Shown here in pieces: positions 25,744 through 35,954 of a stretch of DNA of 50,612 bases. This stretch comes from Gemmatimonadales bacterium (GTDB lineage: Bacteria; Gemmatimonadota; Gemmatimonadetes; Gemmatimonadales; GWC2-71-9). Below the pieces are notes generated by a model, which saw nothing but the letters and a program-made list of their open reading frames with translations, was not told the origin of the DNA and searched no databases. Location of the stretch: contig JBOHSB010000025.1 of assembly GCA_050733015.1 (NCBI GenBank), positions 1 through 50,612 of the forward strand. Reading direction: 5' to 3'. Position numbers and translations under genes: made by a program. Each line of letters starts with the position of its first letter. Within the stretch, counting starts at the first letter, position 1.

Positions 25744-27381
25744 ATGACGTTCCCGCACGTTGTCACGTTCGCCGCCGCCGCCGCCATGCTCGCCAATGCC
25801 GCCCCAGCCCCCGCCCCCGGCTCGGGCACGGGGCTCACCCGCGCGGACACCGTCCCCCTCTACACCGACCTCGGCTCCCACCACAAGCGCATCTCCACCC
25901 GCGTCCCGGCTGCGCAGCAGTACTTCGACCAGGGCCTGCGACTCACCTACGGCTTCAACCACGCGGAGGCGATCCGCTCGTTCACCCGCGCCACCGAGCT
26001 CGATTCCGCCTGCGCCATGTGCTATTGGGGCATCGCGCTCGCCTACGGGCCGCACGTCAACGCGCCCATGGACTCGGCGAGCGGTGTCGCCGCATACGCC
26101 GCCGCGCAGCAGGCGCTCGCCTTGAAGTCCCACGCCCCGCCGCGGGAGCGCGCGTACATCGAGGCGGTCGCGCAGCGCTACGAGGCGACCCCGCCCGCCG
26201 ACCGCGCGCGGCTCGACTCGGCCTACTCGCGCGCGATGGCGAAGGTGGCCAAGGCCTACCCGGACGACCTCGACGCCGCGACGCTGTATGCCGAATCCCT
26301 GATGGACCTCCGCCCGTGGAACTACTGGAAGCCGGACGGCACGCCCTACGAGGGCACCACCGAGATCGTCCGCCAGCTCCGGCGGGTCATCGCCACCAAC
26401 CCGAACCACCCCGGCGCCTGTCACTACTACATCCACGCCGTCGAGGCGGTGGACCCGAAGGCCGCCGTGCCGTGCGCCGAGCGGCTTGCCAAGCTCATGC
26501 CGGGCGAAGGCCACATGGTTCACATGCCCGCGCACATCTACATCCGAGTCGGACGCTGGAACGACGCCGTGAAGGCCAACCAGCACGCCATCCACACGGA
26601 CGAGGTGTTCATCGAGGGTCAGAAACCGAAGGGTGTCTATCCGCTCGCGTACTACCCGCACAACATCCACTTCCTCGCCTTCGCATCCACCATGGCCGGC
26701 CGCAGCGCGCAGGCCATCGAGGCGTCGAAGACCCTCACCGGCAAGGTCAACGTCGACGCCGCGCGCCAGGTCGGGATGCTGCAGGAGATGCTGCCGTACC
26801 ACACGCTCACGCTCACAACGTTCGGCAAGTGGGACGACGTGCTCGCCGAGCCGCTGCCCCCGGCGGATATCCGCTTCTCCTACGCGATGGCCTACTACGC
26901 GCGTGGCGTGGCCCACGCCGCCAAGCAGCAGTGGGCCGAGGCCCACGCCGCGCTCGACACCGTGACGGCGATCAACGCCGCCACGCCCGATGCCGCCGAG
27001 TCGAAGACGGCGCTCGCCATCGCGGTGCACGCCCTGACCGGCGAGATCGCGAGCCGCCGCGGTGACCTCGACGCGGCCATCACCCACTTCCGGGAAGCGA
27101 TCAGGATCGAGGACGCGGGCCTCTACTTCGAGCCGCCCAAGTGGTACTACCCGGTCCGGCACTCGCTCGGCGCCGTGCTGTTGAAGGCGGGGAGGAACGC
27201 CGAGGCCGAGCGGGCTTATCGCGAAGACCTCAAGCGATTCCCCGAGAACGGTTGGGCCCTGTTCGGCCTGGCGCAGGCCCTCAAGGCGCAGGGGAAGGAC
27301 GCCGAAGCGGCCCGGGTGGACGCGCGCTTCCGCAAGGCGTGGGCGGACGCGGATGTGACGCTGGTGGCATCGAGGTTCTAG
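25744..27381 (+). CDS. exported TPR-repeat protein of unknown function
   Basis: GAAGGAGGGG RBS. Signal MTFPHVVTFAAAAAMLANAAPA. Conserved CAMCYWGIALAYGPHVNAPMD and HPGACHYYIHAVE segments, which I recall from a widespread TPR family. Confidence 0.8.
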   Translation: MTFPHVVTFAAAAAMLANAAPAPAPGSGTGLTRADTVPLYTDLGSHHKRISTRVPAAQQYFDQGLRLTYGFNHAEAIRSFTRATELDSACAMCYWGIALAYGPHVNAPMDSASGVAAYAAAQQALALKSHAPPRERAYIEAVAQRYEATPPADRARLDSAYSRAMAKVAKAYPDDLDAATLYAESLMDLRPWNYWKPDGTPYEGTTEIVRQLRRVIATNPNHPGACHYYIHAVEAVDPKAAVPCAERLAKLMPGEGHMVHMPAHIYIRVGRWNDAVKANQHAIHTDEVFIEGQKPKGVYPLAYYPHNIHFLAFASTMAGRSAQAIEASKTLTGKVNVDAARQVGMLQEMLPYHTLTLTTFGKWDDVLAEPLPPADIRFSYAMAYYARGVAHAAKQQWAEAHAALDTVTAINAATPDAAESKTALAIAVHALTGEIASRRGDLDAAITHFREAIRIEDAGLYFEPPKWYYPVRHSLGAVLLKAGRNAEAERAYREDLKRFPENGWALFGLAQALKAQGKDAEAARVDARFRKAWADADVTLVASRF

Positions 27382-27487
27382 TGAAGTGATGGGGCGCGGC
27401 CTCGAGCCGACGGTTGTCCCTGAGCCAGCTGGTCCTGGATCGCCTCGCTCGCGCCCGCCCACGGTCTGGACGCCGTTGGAGCGCCCG

Positions 27488-28774
27488 CTACCGCGGACGC
27501 CGGTCCACTACCCGGACCGCCTTGCCCTCGCTCCGGGGCACCCGGTCGCGTTCCAGCACCTGGACAGTGATCGAGAGCCCGGTCTGCTCGCGCAGGGCGT
27601 GCTGAAGGCGGGATTGCAGCAGGCCGCGGTCGAGACCCTGCCGGGCCGGCTCGCAGAGCAGGCTCAGCTCATCGAGCGCGCCCGGCCGATCCACCACGAG
27701 CTGGTAGTGCGGCGCGACATCGCCGACGCTCAGCAGAATCCGCTCCACCTCCGACGGGTACAGGTTCACCCCGCGGATGATCAGCATGTCGTCGTACCGA
27801 CCCTTGATTCGGCTCATTCGCACCGTGGTGCGGCCGCAGACACACGGCGTCACCTCGAGTGACGAGATGTCACCCGTGCGATAGCGGATGAGCGGGAGCG
27901 CTTCCTTCGTGACCGGCGTCAGCACCAACTCACCTTCCTGCCCCGGCTCCAGCGGCTCGCCGGTCTCCGGATCGACGATCTCGGGCAGGAAGTGATCTTC
28001 CTGAATGTGTGAGCCGTTCCGTGCCTCGATGCACTCGGCCGACACGCCTGGTCCGACGATCTCCGCCAGTCCGTAGATGTTGACGGCGGCAAGGCCCAAC
28101 CGGCGCTCGATCTCACCCCGCAGCTCCTCGCTCCAAGGCTCGGCGCCGAAGATGCCCACCTCCAGCTTGAGGGTCCGCCGGTCGATCTGTGCCGTCTCGA
28201 GCGCCTCGGCGATGCACAGGGCGTAGGAGGGGGTGCAACAGAGCACCTGACCACGCAGATCCTGCAACAGCGTCGCCTGACGCTGAATCAAACCGCCCGA
28301 GATCGGCACCACCGTACAGCCCGACAGTTCGGCGCCCTGGTGGAGGCCGAGTCCACCGGTAAACAGGCCGTAGCCGTACGCGTTATGGACCACCATGCCG
28401 GGCCGAACGCCGGCCAGCGCGAGGCAGCGCGCCACCACCTCCGACCACATCGCAAGATCGTTGCGGGTGTACCCGACGATCGTCGGCTTGCCCCGAGTGC
28501 CACTCGAGCCGTGGATCCGGACCAGCTCGGCCACGGGGACCGCGAACAGCCCGAAGGGGTAGTGCTCGCGGAGGTCGATCTTCCTGGTGAAGGGCAGGTG
28601 GCGCAGGTCGGCGAGCGAGCGGATGTCATCCGGGGAGGTGATTCCGGCGGCGCGGAGCCGGCCGCCCAATGGCGGAACCCGCGCAAGCACCCGTGCCACC
28701 GTGGCGCGGAGTCGCTCGAGCTGCAGCGCCTCCATTCGTTCGCGGGTGAGGGTCTCGACCTCAGGGTTCCACAT
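27488..28774 (-). CDS. paaK: phenylacetate-CoA ligase
   Basis: Close colinearity with recalled PaaK: ...FTRKIDLREHYPFGLFAVP...RIHGSSGTRGKPTIVGYT...AYGYGLFTGGLG... The start at 28774 overlaps the upstream gene by 14 nt. Confidence 0.93.
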   Translation of the reverse strand: MWNPEVETLTRERMEALQLERLRATVARVLARVPPLGGRLRAAGITSPDDIRSLADLRHLPFTRKIDLREHYPFGLFAVPVAELVRIHGSSGTRGKPTIVGYTRNDLAMWSEVVARCLALAGVRPGMVVHNAYGYGLFTGGLGLHQGAELSGCTVVPISGGLIQRQATLLQDLRGQVLCCTPSYALCIAEALETAQIDRRTLKLEVGIFGAEPWSEELRGEIERRLGLAAVNIYGLAEIVGPGVSAECIEARNGSHIQEDHFLPEIVDPETGEPLEPGQEGELVLTPVTKEALPLIRYRTGDISSLEVTPCVCGRTTVRMSRIKGRYDDMLIIRGVNLYPSEVERILLSVGDVAPHYQLVVDRPGALDELSLLCEPARQGLDRGLLQSRLQHALREQTGLSITVQVLERDRVPRSEGKAVRVVDRRPR

Positions 28775-30029
28775 CCAGCCGCTCGAGCGCCCCTCGCAAT
28801 CGAACCAGCAGCTCTCCGATGGCGCTCTCCGACACGCTGCCGACCGAGAGCCGGAACCACCCTGGCTCACCGTCGAAGCCGAACGCCTCGAACGGCACCG
28901 CGGCGAGGCCGGCTTGCTCGAGCAGGTAGCACCGCATGGCCTCCGTCGAATCCGGGGCCTGACCTCCGGTACCACGCCCCTTCGGCGGGCCGAACCGCAC
29001 GCTGAGATACATGCCGCCCGAAGGGGCGACCACCTCGACGGGCAACCCGTCTCGCCGCATCGCCAGCATCCCGCCATGCAGCTGGTCGAGCCGCCCGGCG
29101 AGACCGATCTGCATCGTGCGACGGGCCGCGGCGACCGCCTCCGCGTCGGCCAGCATCTCCGCCGTGCCGACCTGCGTCGGCCGCGGAGCCCAGGCGCCTA
29201 CGTGACCCAGAAAGGCGTTGAACTGGGGTGAGAGATTCGCTGGCGGGCACACCCAGCCAACCCGCAAACCGGTCGCCGCGAACACCTTGGAGATGCCGTC
29301 CACCAGAATGGTGTAGGGCGTCACCTCAGGGCGAAGCACCTGCGGCACGACGTGCGAGAGCCCGCCGAAGGTCAGCATCCAGTACACCTGATCGTAGAGC
29401 AGGTAGAGCGGCGGTTCTTCCGAGGACCGCCGCGCGTTCTCCGCCACGACCGCGTCGCAGATGGCCCCCAGGGTCGCCGCGTCGAACGCGGTGCCGGTGG
29501 GGTTGAGCGGGGAATTGAGCACCAGGAGTCGCGCACCTGGGAGGACGGGTGCCAGCATGTCCGCGGTCGGAAGGAAGGCGGTGTCACTGCCGCACTGGAT
29601 CGGAACCGCCGTGGCTCCGGCCAGCTCGCAGTAGCTGTCGTTGTTCCAGGACGGTACCGGGAACACGACTCGATCGCCTGGTTCGAGCGTGAGCTGATAC
29701 GCGGCGAACAGGCCGGGGCGGGAACCGCCGGTGATCACGATCGAGCTGGCGGGAATCGCGAGGCCGAGTTCGCGGGCGTAGAGCGCCGAGATCTGCTCCC
29801 GGAGCGCCGGGATCCCCACCGACGGTGGGTAGTTCGTCTCTCCGCGGCGCAGCGCGGCCTCGATGCGCTCGAGCAGCAGCCGCGGAATCGGGAACTCGCG
29901 CGGGTCGAAGTCGCCGATACTCAGGTTGCAGATCTGCCGCCCGCCGGCCTGGAGCGCCCGAACCTCGTCCGCGATCGCCAGAATGCGCGACCCGACCAGG
30001 CCGGCGAAGCGGCCGCGGGTCCGGGTCAC
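28761..30029 (-). CDS. class I/II PLP-dependent aminotransferase (aspartate/aromatic type)
   Basis: LVLNSPLNPTG and GISKVFAATGLRVGW (PLP lysine) motifs. Probable GTG start forming a GTGA overlap with the paaZ stop. Confidence 0.85.
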   Translation of the reverse strand: MTRTRGRFAGLVGSRILAIADEVRALQAGGRQICNLSIGDFDPREFPIPRLLLERIEAALRRGETNYPPSVGIPALREQISALYARELGLAIPASSIVITGGSRPGLFAAYQLTLEPGDRVVFPVPSWNNDSYCELAGATAVPIQCGSDTAFLPTADMLAPVLPGARLLVLNSPLNPTGTAFDAATLGAICDAVVAENARRSSEEPPLYLLYDQVYWMLTFGGLSHVVPQVLRPEVTPYTILVDGISKVFAATGLRVGWVCPPANLSPQFNAFLGHVGAWAPRPTQVGTAEMLADAEAVAAARRTMQIGLAGRLDQLHGGMLAMRRDGLPVEVVAPSGGMYLSVRFGPPKGRGTGGQAPDSTEAMRCYLLEQAGLAAVPFEAFGFDGEPGWFRLSVGSVSESAIGELLVRLRGALERLDVEP

Positions 30030-32071
30030 GCCGCGGGAGCCCGCTTCACGAGCGTGAGGATGGTGTAGACGGCGACCGGCTCGGCGCTCTGGTTGGTCAC
30101 CTCCACGTCCCACGCGACGACGCCCTGGGGCACCTGCCCGTCACCTGTGTCTTTCGCCGTCTTCTGTTTGCAGGTGAGCCGGGCACGGATGGTGTCGCCG
30201 GGGTAGACCGGCTTCACGAAGCGGAGGTTGTCCAGCCCATAGTTGGCCAGGACCGGTCCCGGCGCGGGGTCCACGAACAGCCCCGCGGCGGCGGAGAGCA
30301 CGAAGTATCCGTGGGCCACCCGCCGCTCGAACAACGAGGCCTTCGCCGCGACCTCGTCCATGTGGGCGTAGAAGAAGTCGCCGCTGATGCCGGCGAAATT
30401 GACCACGTCCGCCTCGGTCACGGTTCGGCGGTGGGTGACCCAGGTCTCCCCGATGCGCAGCTCCTCGAAGTGCTTGCGGAACGGATGGACCCCGTCGCTC
30501 AGCTCGGGGCCGCCATTGACCCACTGGCGTCCGACCGCCGTGAGTGTGGCGGGGGTCCCTTGCAGCGCGGAGCGCTGCATATAATGAAGGACACCCCGGA
30601 CGCCGCCCATCTCCTCACCACCTCCGGCGCGCCCGGGCCCGCCGTGGATCAGAGAGGGCAGCGGCGAGCCGTGCCCGGTGGACTCCTTGGCATTGTGGCG
30701 ATTGAGAACCATGAGTCGGCCGTGGTACGCGGCGGTGCCCAGCACGACCTCGCGGGCCACCCCATCGTCCGCCGTGACCACCGACCCGCAGAGGCTGCCG
30801 CGGCCCAGCTTGGCGAGCGCGACCGCCTCGTCCAACGTGCGGTACGGCATCACCGTGTTCACCGGACCGAACGCCTCCACGTCGTGCGGCTCGGTCTTCC
30901 CGAACGGCGCGTCACAGAAGTAGAGCAGCGACGGGAAGAAGGCGCCCTTGGCCGCGTCGGCGCCCACCACCTCGAAGCGATCCGGGTCGCCGTAGACCCG
31001 CTCGCACGTCGCGGCGATCAATGCCGCGCTCCCGCCGACCTCGCCCACCTGTGCGCGGCCGGCCAGCGGCCCCATCCGGACCCCGTCCACCGACGGGTCG
31101 CCCAGCGTGGCCCCGGCGAGCCGCTTCGAGAGCGCCCGGACCACGTCCTCGGTCATCCCCTCCGGCACCATGGTGCGCCGGATGGCGGTGCACTTCTGCC
31201 CCGCCTTGACGGTCATCTCCTTGGTCACCTCTTTGACGAAGAGATCAAACTCCTCCGAGCCCGGCGCGGCATCGGGGCCGAGGATGCAGTAGTTGAGTGA
31301 GTCGGCTTCGAGGTTGAACCGCACCGATTCGCCGATCACGCGCGGATGACTCTTGAGCTTGCGGCCGGTCGCGGACGAGCCGGTGAAGGTGACGACGTCC
31401 TGGCAGGTCAAGTGGTCGAGCAAGTCACCCACGCCGCCGCAGATGATCTGGAGCGCGCCCTCCGGGAGGATCCCCGCCTTCACCATGTTGCGCGCCAGCC
31501 GCTCGGCGAGGTACGACGTCACGGTGGCCGGCTTGACGATCGCCGGCATCCCGGCGAGGAAGGTGGGAGCGAGCTTCTCCAGCATTCCCCAGCAGGGGAA
31601 GTTGAAGGCGTTGATGTGGACCGCCACCCCCTCGAGCGGCACGCACAGGTGCCGGGCGAGGAAGGTGCCCCCCTTCGAGATCCGCTCAACCGATCCGTCG
31701 ACGTAGAAGGTCTCGTCGGGGAACTCGCGGCGCCCCTGGCTGGCGTACGCGAAGAAGGTGCCGATGCCACCCTCGATGTCGATCCAGGAATCGGCCTTGG
31801 TCGCCCCGGTGGCCGCGGAGACCTGGTAGAGCTCCTCCTCCCCGGCCATGAGATGCTGGGCCATGGCCTTGAGCATCCGGGCTCGCTGGTGGAACGTCAT
31901 CGCCCGCAGCTTCGGCCCGCCGACCCGGCGAGCGTAGTCCAGCATGCCATTGAAGTCGAGGCCCTCGCTGGTCGACTCCGCGATCTTCTCGCCCGTCACC
32001 GCGTGAAACAGCTCGGTCGCCCGGCCGGTCCCGGTGACCCATTGACCCTGCGCGTAACTCTGCAGTCGCAT
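30026..32071 (-). CDS. paaZ: bifunctional oxepin-CoA hydrolase / 3-oxo-5,6-dehydrosuberyl-CoA semialdehyde dehydrogenase
   Basis: 681 aa. N-terminal ALDH domain (MRLQSYAQGQWV...) plus C-terminal MaoC hot-dog domain (...NFAGISGDFFYAHMD...). Confidence 0.93.
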   Translation of the reverse strand: MRLQSYAQGQWVTGTGRATELFHAVTGEKIAESTSEGLDFNGMLDYARRVGGPKLRAMTFHQRARMLKAMAQHLMAGEEELYQVSAATGATKADSWIDIEGGIGTFFAYASQGRREFPDETFYVDGSVERISKGGTFLARHLCVPLEGVAVHINAFNFPCWGMLEKLAPTFLAGMPAIVKPATVTSYLAERLARNMVKAGILPEGALQIICGGVGDLLDHLTCQDVVTFTGSSATGRKLKSHPRVIGESVRFNLEADSLNYCILGPDAAPGSEEFDLFVKEVTKEMTVKAGQKCTAIRRTMVPEGMTEDVVRALSKRLAGATLGDPSVDGVRMGPLAGRAQVGEVGGSAALIAATCERVYGDPDRFEVVGADAAKGAFFPSLLYFCDAPFGKTEPHDVEAFGPVNTVMPYRTLDEAVALAKLGRGSLCGSVVTADDGVAREVVLGTAAYHGRLMVLNRHNAKESTGHGSPLPSLIHGGPGRAGGGEEMGGVRGVLHYMQRSALQGTPATLTAVGRQWVNGGPELSDGVHPFRKHFEELRIGETWVTHRRTVTEADVVNFAGISGDFFYAHMDEVAAKASLFERRVAHGYFVLSAAAGLFVDPAPGPVLANYGLDNLRFVKPVYPGDTIRARLTCKQKTAKDTGDGQVPQGVVAWDVEVTNQSAEPVAVYTILTLVKRAPAA

Positions 32072-32074
32072 GCC

Positions 32075-32695
32075 TTACTCTCCGTCGGCCGGGGCCGCCT
32101 GCCTGGTCTCGTGCCATGTCTGGTACGACGCCTGCTGCTCGGGACGCTCGGGCGGCATCTGGCGGAGCGGCTCAGCCGGTTGCAGCGAGCCCCTGAGCCG
32201 CTGCGGCAGCCCCTGGTAGAGGCGGGTGCCCTCGGTCTTCCATTGGAGCATGGCGTCCGAGACCGGCTTCACTGCTCGCGCCGGGTTTCCGGCGACGACC
32301 GTGCGTGGCGGGATGACCATGTCGGCCGGAACGAAGCACAAGGCGCCGACGATCGATTCGGCGCCCACCACGGCCCGATCCATCACCACGGCGTTCATCC
32401 CGACCAGCGCGTTCCGGCCGATCCGGGCCCCGTGTACCACCGCACCGTGGCCGATGTGCGCGCCGGCCTCGAGCACGACGGTCACGCCGGGGAACATGTG
32501 GATCGTGCAGTTCTCCTGGACGTTGCAGCCGTCCTCGATGATCACGCCACCCCAGTCGCCGCGAATCGCCGCCCCGGGTCCGACATACACGTCCCGCCCG
32601 ATCACGACGTTGCCGGTCACGGTGGCATTGGGATGAATGAAGGCCGACTCGTGGACGACGGGGATGAAACCTTCGAACGCGAAGACGTTGGGCAC
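32075..32695 (-). CDS. paaY: hexapeptide-repeat (gamma-CA-like) thioesterase
   Basis: Colinear with recalled PaaY: IHPNATVTGNVVIGRDVYVGPGAAIRGDWG...GHGAVVHGARIGRNALVGMNAVVMD. GTG start at 32695. Confidence 0.88.
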   Translation of the reverse strand: MPNVFAFEGFIPVVHESAFIHPNATVTGNVVIGRDVYVGPGAAIRGDWGGVIIEDGCNVQENCTIHMFPGVTVVLEAGAHIGHGAVVHGARIGRNALVGMNAVVMDRAVVGAESIVGALCFVPADMVIPPRTVVAGNPARAVKPVSDAMLQWKTEGTRLYQGLPQRLRGSLQPAEPLRQMPPERPEQQASYQTWHETRQAAPADGE

Positions 32696-32700
32696 GCGCC

Positions 32701-33918
32701 CTACACCCGGGCGATGATCGTCGCCATGCCTTGCCCCACTCCGACGCACATCGCGCAGAGTGCGTACTGCCTGCCGATCTCCTTGAGCTCGTGGGCCGCG
32801 GTGAGCAACAGCCGGGCGCCGGACATTCCGAGCGGGTGCCCGAGGGCGATGGCGCCGCCGTTGGGATTGAGTCGGGGGTCCCGGTCGTCGAGGCCGAGCT
32901 GCCGGACGCAGGCGAGCACCTGAGCCGCGAAGGCTTCGTTGAACTCGATGACGTCAATGTCGGGGAGGGTGAGCTTGGTCTTGGCCAGGATCCTGCGCGT
33001 CGCGGGAACCGGCCCGAGTCCCATGGTCCGGGGCTCGACGCCCACGACCGCGCTCGCGACGATGCGCGCCAGCGGCGTGAAACCGAACTCGCTCACCGCG
33101 CGCTCCGAGGCCAGCAGCAAGGCGCACGCGCCGTCGTTGATCCCCGACGAGTTGCCCGCGGTGACGCTCCCCTTGCCGTCGGTCCGGAACGCGGGTTTGA
33201 GTTTGCCGAGCCCCTCCAGGGTCGAGTCCGGGCGGGGGAACTCGTCTTGCGCGAAGAGGCGGCCGGGCTCGCCCCGGGAGGCACCAGGCACCGCGACCGG
33301 GACGATCTCGGACTGGAACCGGCAGCGCTGCTGGCTGGCCGCGGTCTTCTGTTGCGACCAGAGGGCGAACTGGTCCTGGTCCGCCCGGCTGATCCCGCAC
33401 TCCGTCGCCACATTCTCCGCGGTCTGGCCCATCGAGTCCACGCCGTAGAGCTCGCGCATCCTGGGGTTCACGAAACGCCAGCCCAAGCTGGTGTCGAACA
33501 GCTCCGCGTTACGGGCGAACGCCTGACTCGACTTGGACAGCACGTAGGGCGCGCGCGTCATCTGCTCGACACCGCCGGCGATATAGACGTCGCCGTCGCC
33601 CTCGCGCACGGCCCGGCTCGCGTTCGCCACCGCGCTCATGCCGCTGGCGCACAACCGATTCACGGTCTCGCCCGGCACCGAGACGGGCAGCCCGGCGAGG
33701 AGCAGCGCCATGCGGGCGACGTTGCGATTGTCCTCGCCTGCCTGGTTGGCGCACCCGAGCATGACATCGGCGATACGCTCCCGATCCAGATTCGGGTGAC
33801 GCTCGAGCAGCTTGGCGATCACGTGCGCCGCCAGATCGTCGGCCCGCACGTGGGCCAGGCTCCCGCCAAAGCTGCCGATCGGCGTACGCGCGCCGTCGAC
33901 CAGGTATACCGGTTTCAT
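32701..33918 (-). CDS. paaJ: 3-oxoadipyl-CoA / 3-oxo-5,6-dehydrosuberyl-CoA thiolase
   Basis: Thiolase motifs NRLCASGMSAV and ...GLGQ/CVGVGQG at the C-terminus. Position in the paa operon. Confidence 0.9.
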   Translation of the reverse strand: MKPVYLVDGARTPIGSFGGSLAHVRADDLAAHVIAKLLERHPNLDRERIADVMLGCANQAGEDNRNVARMALLLAGLPVSVPGETVNRLCASGMSAVANASRAVREGDGDVYIAGGVEQMTRAPYVLSKSSQAFARNAELFDTSLGWRFVNPRMRELYGVDSMGQTAENVATECGISRADQDQFALWSQQKTAASQQRCRFQSEIVPVAVPGASRGEPGRLFAQDEFPRPDSTLEGLGKLKPAFRTDGKGSVTAGNSSGINDGACALLLASERAVSEFGFTPLARIVASAVVGVEPRTMGLGPVPATRRILAKTKLTLPDIDVIEFNEAFAAQVLACVRQLGLDDRDPRLNPNGGAIALGHPLGMSGARLLLTAAHELKEIGRQYALCAMCVGVGQGMATIIARV

Positions 33919-33977
33919 TCCTCAAATCTAGATATATTCTTCGGGCCGCGCACATGGCTCCGTCGAGAGGACCGTCG

Positions 33978-34763
33978 ATGACCTATAGGTTCATTCTGTT
34001 GGAGGTCGATCAGGGCGTCGCGCGCATCACCTTGAACCGACCCGACGTCCTCAACAGCATCCACACAGCCATGGCGGGCGAGATCCAGGAAGCCCTGGCG
34101 CATGCCGCGCGGGAGCGCGAGATCCGCGCCGTGCTCCTGACCGGCATGGGACGCGGCTTCTGCGCGGGCCAGGACCTGGACGAAGTTCGCCCCGGTGGAA
34201 CCGTGAATGACTTCGCGGCCCACGCCCGGAAAGCGTACACGCCGATCGTCCGCGGGCTGCGAGCGCTCGAGAAGCCGGTGGTCTGCGCGGTCAACGGGGT
34301 CGCCGCCGGAGCCGGGGCGAATCTGGCCCTGGCGTGCGATCTGGTCCTGGCCGCGGAGGAAGCCTCCTTCGTGCAGGCGTTCGCGAAGATCGGCCTGGTA
34401 CCGGACACCGGTGGGAGCTTCTTCCTGCCCCGACTGGTGGGGATGGCCCGAGCGACGGCACTCGCGATGTTGGCCGAGAAAATTACGGCGGCGCAGGCGG
34501 TGGATATCGGGCTGATCTACCGGGCGTGCCCGGCCGCCTCTCTCGCCGAAGAGGCGTCGAAGCTCGCCGTCCACCTCGCCGCTCAACCGACGCTCGGCCT
34601 CGGCCTCACGAAGCGGCTGCTGAACGCAGCCTGGGTCAACGACCTGGACACGCAGCTCGAGCTCGAGGCCGAGTGCCAGGGCGCCGCCGGACGCAGCGCG
34701 GACTACGCCGAAGGAGTGGCGGCGTTCCTCGCGAAGCGGAAGCCGGTCTTCACCGGACGGTGA
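33978..34763 (+). CDS. paaG: 1,2-epoxyphenylacetyl-CoA isomerase (crotonase family)
   Basis: Colinear with recalled PaaG through ...GRSADYAEGVAAFLAKRKPVFTGR. RGFCAGQDL and AVNGVAAGAGANLALACD motifs. Confidence 0.9.
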   Translation: MTYRFILLEVDQGVARITLNRPDVLNSIHTAMAGEIQEALAHAAREREIRAVLLTGMGRGFCAGQDLDEVRPGGTVNDFAAHARKAYTPIVRGLRALEKPVVCAVNGVAAGAGANLALACDLVLAAEEASFVQAFAKIGLVPDTGGSFFLPRLVGMARATALAMLAEKITAAQAVDIGLIYRACPAASLAEEASKLAVHLAAQPTLGLGLTKRLLNAAWVNDLDTQLELEAECQGAAGRSADYAEGVAAFLAKRKPVFTGR

Positions 34764-34766
34764 CGC

Positions 34767-35954
34767 GTGCCAGCCTCGGACCCAGAGACCGCTGGCGTGG
34801 GTGTCCTCGGGGCGGGTCCCATGGGCAGCGGGATCGCTCAGGTCGCCGCCGTCGCGGGACACCCGGTCATCCTGCAGGACCTCGATGAGGGGGCGATGGC
34901 CCGCGCGCGCGCCGGGATCGACAAGGCGCTCGCCCGGGAGACCGAGAAGGGCCGCTTGACCCGGTCGGCCGCCGAGGCGGCGCGGGAGCGCGTCCGGTAC
35001 GTCGTGGGCAGCGACCTGCGCGGGTTCGCGCCTTGCCGGCTCGTCATCGAGGCGATCGTCGAGCGGCTGGGCCCCAAGCGCGAGAGCTTCGCCGCGCTCG
35101 AACGGGTGGTCGCGCCGGACGCGATGCTCGCGACCAACACCTCGGCCCTGTCGATCACGACGATCGCCGGCGCCTGCCAGCGCCCCGAGCGGGTGGTCGG
35201 CCTTCACTTCTTCAATCCCGCGCCGATCATGCCGCTGGTGGAGGTGGTCCGCGGGCACGCGACGCCGGACGCGCTGGTCGATGCGGCCTGCGCCCTGGTC
35301 CAGCGCTGGGGCAAGACCACCGTCGTCGCCGCGGATACCCCGGGCTTCATCGTGAACCGGATCGCCCGACCATTCTACGGCGAGGCGCTCCGGATCCTGG
35401 ACGAAGGCATCGCCGATTGCGCGACCATCGACTGGGCCATGCGGACGCTCGGCGGCTTCAGGATGGGACCCTTCGAGCTGATGGACCTGATCGGCAACGA
35501 CGTGAACTTCGCGGTGACGTCGGCGGTCTACGAGGGGTTCTTCTTCGATCCGCGCTACAAGCCCTCGCTCACGCAGCGACGCCTGGTCGATGCCAATCTG
35601 CTCGGACGCAAGACCGGCAGGGGCTTCTACGACTACCGCGACGGTGCGGTCCCCCCGGCACCGACGGAGGATCCGGCCCTCGGGCGATCGATCCTGGAGC
35701 GGATCCTGGCGATGCTGATCAACGAGGCGGTCGACGCCGTCTTCTGGGGCGTCGCCACGCCGGCGGACATCGACCTCGCGATGGTGAAGGGGGTGAGCTA
35801 CCCCAGAGGGCTCATCGCGTGGGCCGAGGAGCTCGGGTATCCGGTCGCGCTCGAGCGCCTGGAACGGCTGCAGGCGGAGTACGCGGAGGATCGCTACCGG
35901 CCGAGCCCGCTCCTCCGGCGCCTTGCCGCATCCGGTGGAACGCTCCGCAGGTGA
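34767..35954 (+). CDS. paaH: 3-hydroxyadipyl-CoA dehydrogenase
   Basis: Rossmann motif VGVLGAGPMGSGIAQV. 3-hydroxyacyl-CoA dehydrogenase core with an extra C-terminal domain. GTG start. Confidence 0.85.
   Translation: MPASDPETAGVGVLGAGPMGSGIAQVAAVAGHPVILQDLDEGAMARARAGIDKALARETEKGRLTRSAAEAARERVRYVVGSDLRGFAPCRLVIEAIVERLGPKRESFAALERVVAPDAMLATNTSALSITTIAGACQRPERVVGLHFFNPAPIMPLVEVVRGHATPDALVDAACALVQRWGKTTVVAADTPGFIVNRIARPFYGEALRILDEGIADCATIDWAMRTLGGFRMGPFELMDLIGNDVNFAVTSAVYEGFFFDPRYKPSLTQRRLVDANLLGRKTGRGFYDYRDGAVPPAPTEDPALGRSILERILAMLINEAVDAVFWGVATPADIDLAMVKGVSYPRGLIAWAEELGYPVALERLERLQAEYAEDRYRPSPLLRRLAASGGTLRR

Noticed and set aside
25489-27462. 657-aa minus-strand ORF and the 523-aa plus-frame ORF over the TPR-protein gene
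   Set aside because: These are shadow ORFs. The 25744-27381 frame has an RBS, a signal peptide and conserved family motifs.
29825-35258. Series of 400-525-aa ORFs antisense or out of frame to paaZ, paaY, paaJ, paaG and paaH (29825-31300, 31346-32923, 32731-33981, 33915-35258)
   Set aside because: Each overlaps a gene with unambiguous Paa homology in another frame, and their composition is Arg/Gly/Asp/His-rich and non-protein-like.
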